Shown here piece by piece: positions 55,649 to 64,000 of a stretch of DNA of 64,000 bases. Under the pieces are notes generated by a model that was not told the origin of the DNA, did not search any database, and saw nothing but the letters and a program-made list of their open reading frames with translations. A program made the position numbers and the translations under genes. Positions within the stretch are counted from its first letter, which is position 1; each line of letters starts with the position of its first letter. The stretch covers positions 192,001 through 256,000 of the forward strand of contig CAWDEM010000004.1 of assembly GCA_963801355.1 (NCBI GenBank), in the 5' to 3' direction. This DNA is from Ignavibacteriota bacterium (lineage in GTDB: Bacteria; Bacteroidota; Ignavibacteria; UBA10030; UBA6906).

Positions 55649-56410
55649 TCACTTCTGCGCGATGACCAGCATCTCGAAATCCCCCGTCGTCAGCTTGTCG
55701 TTCCTGCTGAATGCGCCCAGTTTCGCACCGAATATCTCGATCGCGGCAAAATGCAGTGACTGCAGCATCCAGGTAATCTCCGATGGCACATAGTACCGTT
55801 CATTGCACTGCAACTCTTTCTCGTTGCCAAGGTCATCCCGGACAACCGTCGTGCTGTGTTCGCGGAAGGTCATGAGATCGAACGTATTGCGGCTGGACGC
55901 GGCATTACCTTCGTGGGCTGCCGACGCGAGAAAGTCTTTCACGGAGTGAAAGAGAGGAAAGAGACCGTTCAGCGTCGTGAACACCAATTTGCCGGCAGGC
56001 TTCAATGCACGTGCCGCGCCCTCCAGGATCCGGTAGTTCATGAGGTCCGTTTCCATCAGGGGAAACGCCCCCTCACAGATCATGATGGCCAGGTCAAATG
56101 CACTGACAAACGGGAGCGCCCGGGCATCGTGTTTCTGAAAAACAATGTCCAGGTGGAGTGCCGATGCCTTCTCTCTCGCCCGGGTGAGGAGGGAGTCCGA
56201 CAGATCGACGCCGAGAACGTTGTATCCCCGGCGCGTCAATTCTAGAGAATGACGGCCCGTACCGCATCCGATATCCAGTATCCTGGCACCTTTGTTGAAT
56301 CCCAGTTCCCGTTCGAGGAAATCGCACTCGCCGATCGTCCCCTGGGTGAAACTTTCGGCGTCATATTTCTTGCCATAATCTTCGAACAACAATTCATACC
56401 ATTGCTTCAT
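55649..56410 (-). CDS. Class I SAM-dependent methyltransferase
   Basis: ILDIGCGTGRH, GVDLS, FDLAI, ALKPAG. Confidence 0.9.
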   Translation of the reverse strand: MKQWYELLFEDYGKKYDAESFTQGTIGECDFLERELGFNKGARILDIGCGTGRHSLELTRRGYNVLGVDLSDSLLTRAREKASALHLDIVFQKHDARALPFVSAFDLAIMICEGAFPLMETDLMNYRILEGAARALKPAGKLVFTTLNGLFPLFHSVKDFLASAAHEGNAASSRNTFDLMTFREHSTTVVRDDLGNEKELQCNERYYVPSEITWMLQSLHFAAIEIFGAKLGAFSRNDKLTTGDFEMLVIAQK

Positions 56411-56464
56411 GGCTTCCCTCCATTCACGCGTCCGGAGCCGGCGAACGAATGCATGAGCGCCGCT

Positions 56465-56761
56465 CTATGAAGAGGACTTCCCTTTACTTTTGCGGAACAG
56501 GGCAAGTCCCCCGAAGCCCGCAATGACGGCAATATAGAACCCGAAATCATACCACCATCCCGTATTGAACGGTTCGTACACACGGATACCGTCCTTGAAG
56601 AGACCGGCAATCAGAGACACAGGGGCAATCCAGCCGTGCCAGATGCCCATAAAGAAACCTGCGGGCTCGCCGGCGGACGATGACCCACCACCGGGAAAGC
56701 AGCCGCTGAACGTGAGGAGAAAGATCACCAGCGTCAACGGGTGCACCAATGACTTTGCCAT
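56465..56761 (-). CDS. Small membrane lipoprotein, conserved hypothetical
   Basis: GAGG SD; LTFSGC lipobox; PAGFFMGIWHGWIAP and IRVYE..NTGWWYDFGF motifs. Confidence 0.78.
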   Translation of the reverse strand: MAKSLVHPLTLVIFLLTFSGCFPGGGSSSAGEPAGFFMGIWHGWIAPVSLIAGLFKDGIRVYEPFNTGWWYDFGFYIAVIAGFGGLALFRKSKGKSSS

Positions 56762-56818
56762 ATGTGCCTCTGATTGCGGAATGGTCCTTGTGACTCGGCG
56801 GATGATCCGCTTCGTCGA

Positions 56819-56971
56819 TTACTTCTTCTTGGGATTTTCCTTCGCACTCTTCTTGCGCAGGTCAGCCCCGTGTGCACGTTTGTACGTTTGAATATCCACA
56901 AACCTGCCCTTGCTGTCCCGGACGGCATACAGCTTGGTGCCCGTCGAGCTGCGATGCGTTGTGCGCTTCAT
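56819..56971 (-). CDS. Small very basic 50-aa protein
   Basis: AAGGAGG SD 8 nt before ATG 56971; MKRTTHRSSTGTKLYAVRDSKGRFVDIQTYKRAHGADLRKKSAKENPKKK. Confidence 0.8.
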   Translation of the reverse strand: MKRTTHRSSTGTKLYAVRDSKGRFVDIQTYKRAHGADLRKKSAKENPKKK

Positions 56972-57114
56972 GATGCTGGCCTCCTTGATTGTGAGTGTGT
57001 ACCACTTCACCATTGTCCGCTCCTGCTGTGCTCACAGAGCGAAAGGATTGCTGTAACGTCGTACATGCCGCGCACATTCCGCGATGATGAGGGGTCCCGC
57101 ACTGCATGCGACCG

Positions 57115-58611
57115 TCATGCCGTGTCGGCCACCAGGAGTTCCGACTCGGGCAGTGAAACCCGCGAAAGGACATCCCTGACCTGCGGTAACGTGGTCTTGT
57201 TGACAAGGACAAGTATGGTGTCGCCCTCCTGGAGTACAGTGCCACCGCTGGGGACGAGATAGTTGTCGTTCCGGCTGATCAGGACGATGAGGCAGTCGCG
57301 CGGCAGACCCAGATCCACTATTGATTTGCCGGCAATTGCGGCATTGTAGGGAACGATCAGATCGACAAGTTCCGTGTCAGCGCCTTGCATCGGAGAAAAC
57401 TCAATGGGATATCGCCGCTTCCGGTCGATGGGCGCGTCCAGGCGCAACATGCGGGCAGCAAGAGGAATCGACCAGCCCTGCAGGAGCGCCGAGGTCAGCA
57501 CAATGAAAAACACGATATTGAAGAGCAGTTCGGCATTGGGCAGTCCGGCGATAAGCGGAAATGTGGCCAGCACAATCGGGACCGCACCACGCAAGCCGAC
57601 CCATGAGACGAACGTCTTTTCCCGGAGAGTGATCCTGGCGAAGAAGAGAGAGAGGAACACACTCAGGGGACGCGCAACGACCATGAGGAACGCCGATACC
57701 AGCAATCCTGCACCGATGACGGGCACGATGTGCGACGGGAACACCAGCAGACCCAGTGTGAGAAACATGGCAATCTGACTCAGCCAGGCAAGCCCGTCAA
57801 AAAAGCGCAGCAGGCTTTTCTTCTGAATGAACTCACTGTGTGCAGCAATCAGCCCCGCCACATACACGGCAAGAAAACCACTGCCTCCGATGCTCGTGGT
57901 CATGCTGTAAATGAGAACTGCAGATGCAAGCATCAGCACCGGGTACAACCCTTCATAGTAGATCTTCACGCGATTAATCATGAAGATCATCGCCTTCCCG
58001 GTCCCCCAGCCGGCTGCTGCACCGAGACCCATCTGCACAACAAAAAGCCAGACCAGCGAACCGAACGAGGTATCCGGTATGGTCAACAGTTGAATGAGTC
58101 CAATGGTGAGGAACACGGCCATCGGGTCATTGCTGCCTGACTCAAGTTCAAGAAGTGGCTTGAGCTGTCCCCGCAAACTCACATTCTTCGAACGAAGAAC
58201 CGAGAAGACCGCCGCGGCATCGGTCGATGAGACGATCGCACCCAGAAGCATTGCAGTGAGTAACGGGAGCTCCAGAACGGCGGAGGCAAAAATCCCGACG
58301 GCGAGTGCGGTGAGGAGTACTCCGAGTGTGGCCAGACTCAACGCCTGACGAAAGACAGGCTTGACTTCCTGCCAGTTTGTGTCGAGACCGCCGGCAAAGA
58401 GGATGAAGATCAGAGCAATAACCCCGATAGACTGCGCAAGTCCGGCATCGTCGAAATAGATGCCGCCGGGTCCTTCAGAACCGGCGAGCATACCGATGCC
58501 GAGGAACAGCAACAATGTCGGGATGCCAAGATTATCGGAAAGCTTTGCAACAGCAATACTGACAAGGACGAGGAGCGATCCTATCAGCAGAATATATTCG
58601 AGGGGAATCAT
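57115..58611 (-). CDS. cvrA: Potassium/proton antiporter (CvrA/NhaP2) with TrkA-C domain
   Basis: GMLAGSEGPGGI.F, SSTDAAAVF, LELESGSNDPMA, WVGLRGAVPI, C-terminal VPSGGTVLQEGD. Confidence 0.93.
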   Translation of the reverse strand: MIPLEYILLIGSLLVLVSIAVAKLSDNLGIPTLLLFLGIGMLAGSEGPGGIYFDDAGLAQSIGVIALIFILFAGGLDTNWQEVKPVFRQALSLATLGVLLTALAVGIFASAVLELPLLTAMLLGAIVSSTDAAAVFSVLRSKNVSLRGQLKPLLELESGSNDPMAVFLTIGLIQLLTIPDTSFGSLVWLFVVQMGLGAAAGWGTGKAMIFMINRVKIYYEGLYPVLMLASAVLIYSMTTSIGGSGFLAVYVAGLIAAHSEFIQKKSLLRFFDGLAWLSQIAMFLTLGLLVFPSHIVPVIGAGLLVSAFLMVVARPLSVFLSLFFARITLREKTFVSWVGLRGAVPIVLATFPLIAGLPNAELLFNIVFFIVLTSALLQGWSIPLAARMLRLDAPIDRKRRYPIEFSPMQGADTELVDLIVPYNAAIAGKSIVDLGLPRDCLIVLISRNDNYLVPSGGTVLQEGDTILVLVNKTTLPQVRDVLSRVSLPESELLVADTA

Positions 58612-58691
58612 CTTTGGAATATAGCAAATCCGCAGGATTTCCACCTCATGGGGCGCAGAATTTGCAGTGTCTCCGCATGGACGACCCCTCT

Positions 58692-59087
58692 CTATATGAC
58701 CGCCTTTAAGAACTCCAGGAGTTCCACAGGTGCGCCGTTATCGAGGATCATGGCCACACGAACCCCTTCGGATGGTGAACTCACGTCGCCCAGGAGTTCC
58801 AGTCCCTCCAGCGCAGCGTCCAGATCGTCCACCTCAAAGGCAATATGGGGCACCGTGCGGATGATCTCCGCGATGGCACAATCAGGATCAAACCGCATCC
58901 ACTCTATGCCATAGGGGCTGGTGTCAAATCCCGCAACATGGATCTTCAGATGCGGAAGGTGGACTTCATCCGGATGTGGAACCGTTGTAGGAATGCCGAG
59001 GTGATGGTAGCGCCAGCCCTTGTGTGCAATCGCAGGCGGCGGTTCATGGTCCCGGCGTCTGCGCGCCGGCCAGTGTCCTGTGCTCAT
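58692..59087 (-). CDS. VOC/glyoxalase-like protein
   Basis: YHHLGIPT, YGIEWMRF, PHIAFEVDDL, GAPVELLE. Confidence 0.8.
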   Translation of the reverse strand: MSTGHWPARRRRDHEPPPAIAHKGWRYHHLGIPTTVPHPDEVHLPHLKIHVAGFDTSPYGIEWMRFDPDCAIAEIIRTVPHIAFEVDDLDAALEGLELLGDVSSPSEGVRVAMILDNGAPVELLEFLKAVI

Positions 59088-59177
59088 ATCCGTCCGGAAT
59101 TGTGGGACAGGTTTCTCAGGCGTTCTTTGGCGACGGCCAGAGTTTTATGATTACCACGTCGATCAACTACGTGCAGT

Positions 59178-59600
59178 TCATTTGATGCTGAGCTTGACTG
59201 CCATCAGTGCCTTGGCGTATGCCACGTCCTTCTTGTGCTTGTAGGTAATCGTCACGCCCCGGATCGTGCCGAACTTTTTGCCGCCGGTGTACTGTTCCTT
59301 CAACGTATCGGAAATTGGACTCTCCAGAACCGCCTGCTTGGCCTTGTCTCCGAAGTAGAAGGTGGTTCTAAATGTTCCTGGAACGATGGAGAGCCAGAAG
59401 ATGGTCTTTGACTTTCTCTGAACCTTGAGAAGCCAGCTCTTCCCGTCGTTGTAGTATCTCCATTGTTCCGTGAAGTCGGGATGGTCGGTGTGCATCGCCT
59501 CAAAGAGCGCCTGCCACAGGGTCTTGGACTTGCCGATGTGCGAAAAGATGACCTCTTCAGTGGGGAAACGGCTTTTGTCCGTAAGCACCGGGGTGTCCAT
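59178..59600 (-). CDS. DUF3788 family protein
   Basis: GGAGG SD; QWRYYNDGKSWLLK...KTIFWL, FYFG, ends L..VK. Confidence 0.8.
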   Translation of the reverse strand: MDTPVLTDKSRFPTEEVIFSHIGKSKTLWQALFEAMHTDHPDFTEQWRYYNDGKSWLLKVQRKSKTIFWLSIVPGTFRTTFYFGDKAKQAVLESPISDTLKEQYTGGKKFGTIRGVTITYKHKKDVAYAKALMAVKLSIK

Positions 59601-59645
59601 AGCAGGCCTCCATGGTATGTGTCACAAAGATGTGCCGCACGTGGT

Positions 59646-60662
59646 TCAGTAGCTTTCCCCCGTGATAATTACTTTCCCTTTGAACACCCTATAGATCACC
59701 ACGGTATAAAGGATCACCAGCGGCATGCCTATCAGTGCAATGACGAACATCGTGGAAAGCGTCGTCTGGCTGGAGGATGCATTGGTGACTGTCAGGCTGT
59801 ACCGGAGGTCCGTCAGAGACGGCACAAGCCGGGGGAAGAGGCTGAGTGCACTCACGCCGATCATGCAGGCAATCATCAGGGATGAAGCGATGAGCGCCCG
59901 GCCGTACCGTGTTGACTTTGCCGCCACCGGTATGTACATGGCGGCGGCGAGCAGGAGGAGAATGAGTACCCAGAAAAACGGGTTTTTCAGGACACCTTCA
60001 AAGAGAAACGGAGAAACGAACATTGTGGCAATCGTTGCCACGACATAGAGCCCCATGGTGACCATCCAGCTTGCGGGAATCCATGCCGCCACACGGGCAC
60101 GCAGTTCCCCTTCCGTCTTCATCGAAAGATAGAGCGCCCCGTGCATCGTGAAGAGGCACAGACTCAGGAGCCCGACAAGGATTGCGTAGGGGTTGAGCAG
60201 TCCCGGAAACGATCCGGTCCACATCTGTTGCGCGTCGATAGGCACACCGCGCAATATGTTGCCAAAGGCCACGCCAATCAAGATGGCTGGCAGCAGGCTG
60301 CCGATGCCGAATGCAAGATCCCAGAAACCCCGCCAGCGCGGTGACTCCACCTTGCTCCTGAATTCGATCGATACAGCACGGAAGATCAGTGCCGCCAGCA
60401 GCAGCATCAGTGCGATGTAGAATCCGCTGAATACCGTGGCATACACAACGGGGAATGCGGCAAACAGCGCGCCCCCGCCCGTGAGGAGCCAGACTTCATT
60501 GCCGTCCCACACGGGTCCGATAGCATTAAGATGCACGCGCCGCTCATGGTCGGTCCGGGCAAAGAGATGCAGAACGCCCACACCGAGATCAAAGCCGTCG
60601 AGGATCGCGTATCCGATGAAGAGTACGCTGATCAGCGCAAACCAGATCGTCTGCAGATCCAT
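59646..60662 (-). CDS. cydB: Cytochrome bd ubiquinol oxidase subunit II
   Basis: ILDGFDLGVG, PVWDGNEVWL, FAAFP..Y, RAVSIEFR. Confidence 0.97.
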   Translation of the reverse strand: MDLQTIWFALISVLFIGYAILDGFDLGVGVLHLFARTDHERRVHLNAIGPVWDGNEVWLLTGGGALFAAFPVVYATVFSGFYIALMLLLAALIFRAVSIEFRSKVESPRWRGFWDLAFGIGSLLPAILIGVAFGNILRGVPIDAQQMWTGSFPGLLNPYAILVGLLSLCLFTMHGALYLSMKTEGELRARVAAWIPASWMVTMGLYVVATIATMFVSPFLFEGVLKNPFFWVLILLLLAAAMYIPVAAKSTRYGRALIASSLMIACMIGVSALSLFPRLVPSLTDLRYSLTVTNASSSQTTLSTMFVIALIGMPLVILYTVVIYRVFKGKVIITGESY

Positions 60663-61996
60663 TATGCGATCACCTCCTTTGCATCCACGGGCGCGGGCCC
60701 CTGTTTCACTTTGTGGGACAAGAGATAGATGTAGAGAATGCCGAGGCCGATATAGATGAGGCCGAAGAGGATCATGGAGAAGAGAATTTCCCCGCTGCCG
60801 ACGGTAATGGACGCGGCGTCACTTGTACGCAGGAGCCTGTAGACAATCCAGGGTTGACGGCCGACCTCCGTCGCTATCCAGCCAAGCTGACATGCCGCAA
60901 GGGGGAGCGGAATTGACCACATCAACACGCGCAGGAATTTCGGACTGTCCCAGAGGGTCTTGCGATACAGCTTGAAGACGGCGAAGGCCATCACGGCGAT
61001 GAAGAACATACCGAGGACAACCATATTGTGGAACGAAACGAATGTCAGCCAGAGGGGCGGTATCTCATCCGCGGGAAATTCGTTGATGCCCTGAATGTGT
61101 GCGGCCGGGTCGCCGAATGCCATCCAGCTCAACAGGCCGGGAATCTCGATGGTGGCGTGAAGAGTCGGCGGTTTGGTGGTCGGCACGGCAAAGAATACCA
61201 ATGGTGCACCACTCTGGGTTGAATAGAGCCCTTCGATGGCCGCGAACTTCTCCGGCTGTGTACGGGCAACCTGGCGCGCATGCTCATGTCCCAGCGGCAT
61301 CAACTCCAGCAATGACACAACGAGGCCGAAGAGCACCGCCACACGCATGGCACGTTGGGCGAATTCCGTCTCGCGTTTCTTCAACAGATAGTACGCCGCA
61401 ATGCCTGCCATGAAGAATGCACCCGCGATCAGCGCCGCATCGACGGTGTGGAGATACCGGATGACCGTTGACGGGTTGAAAACCGCTTCAGAGAAGCTGG
61501 TCAGCTCGGCACGGCCGTTGCGGACGACGAAACCCGCGGGTGTTTGCTGCCAGGAGTTGGCCACGATAATCCAGAACGCCGAGATTGTCGCGCCTACAGC
61601 GACCATCAGGATGGAAAACCAGTGAACGCCCCTGGAAACCCGGTGCCTGCCGAAAAGGTACAACCCGAGAAATCCGGATTCCAGGAAGAAGGCAAAAACG
61701 CCTTCGGCTGCGAGCGGGGCACCGAAGATGTCGCCGACGAACGTGGAGTAACGGGCCCAATTGGTGCCGAATTGGAACTCCATTACGATACCGGTGGCGA
61801 CACCGACGGCGAACGTCAGACCCAGAAGTTTTGCAAAGAAGGCGCCGATACGGGCGTACACTTCATCCTTCTTCCGCCAGCCCAGATATTCAACGACCAC
61901 CAGTAACCACGCGAGTCCGATCGTGATAGGGGGAAAGAGGAAGTGAAACCCGATCGTCATGGCAAATTGGAGCCGGGCGAGCAGGACAGCATCCAT
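60662..61996 (-). CDS. cydA: Cytochrome bd ubiquinol oxidase subunit I (short Q-loop)
   Basis: ARLQFA...FH, GIVMEFQFGTNW, QPEKFAAIEG, EVGRQPW; GGAG SD before ATG 61996. Confidence 0.97.
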   Translation of the reverse strand: MDAVLLARLQFAMTIGFHFLFPPITIGLAWLLVVVEYLGWRKKDEVYARIGAFFAKLLGLTFAVGVATGIVMEFQFGTNWARYSTFVGDIFGAPLAAEGVFAFFLESGFLGLYLFGRHRVSRGVHWFSILMVAVGATISAFWIIVANSWQQTPAGFVVRNGRAELTSFSEAVFNPSTVIRYLHTVDAALIAGAFFMAGIAAYYLLKKRETEFAQRAMRVAVLFGLVVSLLELMPLGHEHARQVARTQPEKFAAIEGLYSTQSGAPLVFFAVPTTKPPTLHATIEIPGLLSWMAFGDPAAHIQGINEFPADEIPPLWLTFVSFHNMVVLGMFFIAVMAFAVFKLYRKTLWDSPKFLRVLMWSIPLPLAACQLGWIATEVGRQPWIVYRLLRTSDAASITVGSGEILFSMILFGLIYIGLGILYIYLLSHKVKQGPAPVDAKEVIA

Positions 61997-62219
61997 GGGA
62001 AATCTCCAGTGCAGGGGTACATGGTTGGTGCGGCACAGTTCGAATTCCCAGATATCGTGCCAAATACCGACCGGACTCTTGCGGGCCAAAGTGCCCGTAT
62101 TTCAAGGACTTTGTCGTGTCGCGGTAGCGGCCCTGCAGTGTCGTTCTCATAACTGGGAAAAATGCCGGTGGTCCGGTTGCAGGAATGCGAATCCGGCACT
62201 TACACGAGAGCCCAAGGTA

Positions 62220-62249
62220 TTGACAATGCCTCTCAATCCTCCGTACTAT
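62220..62249 (+). promoter_or_regulatory. Sigma70 promoter of murA (very short leader)
   Basis: TTGACA-18 nt-TACTAT, ATG 10 nt downstream, no SD. Confidence 0.7.
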
Positions 62250-62259
62250 TGATGCACCT

Positions 62260-63522
62260 ATGGATAAATTCGTGATCAACGGCGGCCGCACCTTGAACGG
62301 TTCCGTCGCCATCGGCGGCGCGAAGAACGCCACGCTCGCTCTGATGCCCGCAGCAATCCTCGCGGCGGGGACCTCCCGACTCTTCAATACACCCTCACTC
62401 CGCGACGTCAACACGATGGCTGTTCTCCTGCGCACCATGGGCATCACTGTGGAGCTGAAGGAACATACGCTGACGCTCGATACGCGCAGCATCGACAAAT
62501 TTGAAGCGCCGTACGAACATGTGAAAAAGATGCGCGCCTCGATCTATGTGCTGGGTCCCCTGCTGGCACGTTTCGGACGGGCCAAGGTATCGCTTCCCGG
62601 CGGGTGTGCATGGGGTCCGCGGCCGGTCAACCTGCACATCGAGGCAATGCGAAAACTCGGCAGCGAGATAGATCTGCGCGAAGGCTACATCCACGCAACG
62701 GCGTCACGTCTTCAGGGTGCCCGCATCCATTTCGATGTCTCAAGCGTCGGTGCAACCGGGAATGCTCTCATGGCTGCCGTGCTTGCCCGCGGCACGACGC
62801 TGATCGAGAATGCCGCCATTGAACCGGAAATCACCCAGCTCGCTGAATATCTCGTCGCCATGGGTGCACGGATCCAGGGCATCGGGACCAACCGTCTCGA
62901 GGTTGAAGGCGTCGATGACCTGCATGCAGCGGACATTACCACCATTCCTGACCGCATTGAAGCGGGGACTTTCCTTGTGGCAGGCGCGCTCTGCGGGGGC
63001 CGGACAACACTCACGCATGTGATTCCCGATCACCTTGCGGCTGTCACCGCCAAGCTGGAGAACGCCGGCGCCGTCATTACCACCGCCGGCGACAGCATTA
63101 CACTGACGGTGCAGCACACAATCTCGTCCGTCGACGTGACCGCAAGTATCTATCCGGGGTTTCCGACGGATATGCAGGCCCAATGGACGGCACTCATGGC
63201 GGTCGCCGACGGCACGTCCGTGGTCACCGACACCATTTACTTCGACCGTTTCAAGCACATTCCCGAATTGTTGCGTCTCGGTGCCGACATCGAAGTGAAA
63301 GACAATGCCGCCGTCGTCCGCGGCGTCCGCTCGCTCACGGGGGCAAAAGTCATGTCCACCGACCTCCGTGCTTCCGCTTCCTTGATCCTCGCGGGGCTCA
63401 TCGCGCAGGGTACCACAGAGGTGCTCCGTGTCTACCATCTCGACCGCGGTTACGAAGCCATAGAGAAGAAACTCCGGGCTCTCGGCGCGGATATCGAACG
63501 CGTCGCTGGCGAGGAGTTCTGA
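62260..63522 (+). CDS. murA: UDP-N-acetylglucosamine 1-carboxyvinyltransferase
   Basis: GAKNA, MRASI..LGPL, LPGGCAWGPRP (active-site Cys), PDRIEAGT, PGFPTD, DLRA, HLDRGY. Confidence 0.98.
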   Translation: MDKFVINGGRTLNGSVAIGGAKNATLALMPAAILAAGTSRLFNTPSLRDVNTMAVLLRTMGITVELKEHTLTLDTRSIDKFEAPYEHVKKMRASIYVLGPLLARFGRAKVSLPGGCAWGPRPVNLHIEAMRKLGSEIDLREGYIHATASRLQGARIHFDVSSVGATGNALMAAVLARGTTLIENAAIEPEITQLAEYLVAMGARIQGIGTNRLEVEGVDDLHAADITTIPDRIEAGTFLVAGALCGGRTTLTHVIPDHLAAVTAKLENAGAVITTAGDSITLTVQHTISSVDVTASIYPGFPTDMQAQWTALMAVADGTSVVTDTIYFDRFKHIPELLRLGADIEVKDNAAVVRGVRSLTGAKVMSTDLRASASLILAGLIAQGTTEVLRVYHLDRGYEAIEKKLRALGADIERVAGEEF

Positions 63523-63527
63523 TTGTC

Positions 63528-64000
63528 GTGGCTCTTCCCCGTGCGTATCTCCGCTCCCGCGCAGTCTGGATCGCGGGTACCTGCTACCTTCTCGTGGCGA
63601 TTGCCTGTACGAGGATTCCGCTCTTCAACTACCTCGGGTTCGAGAGCTCGTTTGTGACAGCGCTGGCCGGCTCGCTCATTGCCGGAATGCTGACCATCCA
63701 ACTCCTCCGCCCCGTGTATCTGCAGTCCGATGCCGTCTCCCGTCCGTTCTCTGCACTGCAATCGTTCGGTGAGATTGTCTGCCTCCAGCTGGCACTCCTC
63801 CTGCTTCCCCTCGCGGTATTGAGCGGCAACGCGCTCGTCGTTCCCAACTGTGACGTTGCCGAAGGGCTCGCTCTCTTTCTCCTGTTGCCTGTGGTGTCGG
63901 TGATATTTGCCGGCGCCCTTGGACTGATGTGCACGGTGCATTACACGCACCCGCGTCTGGTATTTGCCGGCTTTGCAGGTGCCAGTATAGTCTATGTGCT
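63528..64000 (+). CDS. Polytopic membrane protein, 3'-truncated by window (not in ORF track)
   Basis: Open frame from GTG 63528 to the window end: MALPRAYLRSRAVWIAGTCYLLVAIACTRIPLFNYLGFESS...NALVVPNCDVAEGLALFLLLP; several hydrophobic helices. Confidence 0.75.
   Translation, partial: MALPRAYLRSRAVWIAGTCYLLVAIACTRIPLFNYLGFESSFVTALAGSLIAGMLTIQLLRPVYLQSDAVSRPFSALQSFGEIVCLQLALLLLPLAVLSGNALVVPNCDVAEGLALFLLLPVVSVIFAGALGLMCTVHYTHPRLVFAGFAGASIVYV

Noticed and set aside
59601-59645. cydX/cydS small subunit after cydB
   Set aside because: A 45-nt gap with no suitable hydrophobic ORF
53058-62000. Genomic island in the minus-strand run of small stress and transport genes
   Set aside because: No integrase, transposase, tRNA or flanking direct repeats, and no obvious GC shift by eye
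62047-62064. Sigma54 promoter upstream of cydA (minus strand TGGCACGATATCTGG)
   Set aside because: The -24 element is good but the required -12 GC is missing
444-63438. Numerous long antisense or alternate-frame ORFs in the track (e.g. 444-1601, 1932-2954, 5098-6039, 13364-14509, 33585-34595, 38835-39785)
   Set aside because: They shadow well-supported genes, lack family motifs, and are expected in GC-rich DNA with strong codon bias

Overview
Chromosomal housekeeping region of a GC-rich (roughly 60% by eye) diderm bacterium. It most likely belongs to the Ignavibacteria/Chlorobi-related branch of the FCB group. This is inferred from a PorV-family gene, DUF2851, a type-2 IleRS, the yggS-divIVA-PNP-ileS-TraR/DksA-lspA-rluD order, and E. 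coli-like TTGxxx-17-TAxxxT promoters rather than Bacteroidia-type ones. Contents in order: end of the dcw cluster (ftsQ-ftsA-ftsZ), DUF4159/DUF4175, an M14 peptidase, an ECF sigma, lon, dnaX, a PorV-like gene, a four-gene CHASE2 adenylate cyclase/FecR/beta-barrel operon, rseP-dxr, TPR and outer-membrane genes, pyrF-larE, the ileS cluster, rlmN-adk, a TPR-CHAT lipoprotein, a second ECF sigma with a probable target gene, tmk, an S41 protease, transport/stress genes (mgtE, cvrA, cydAB) and murA. I saw no tRNA, rRNA, CRISPR array, transposase or integrase. The most notable observations are: (1) a self-contained putative trans-envelope cAMP signalling operon; (2) an A10 slippage site in dnaX with immediate stops in both shifted frames; (3) a ~300-nt highly paired intergenic RNA candidate after dnaX; (4) a CHAT (caspase-like) lipoprotein lacking its catalytic dyad; (5) two tiny very basic proteins; (6) an ECF sigma with no adjacent anti-sigma and an ECF-type promoter directly downstream; (7) several apparently leaderless genes. 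All family assignments come from motif recognition by eye; no database search was run.
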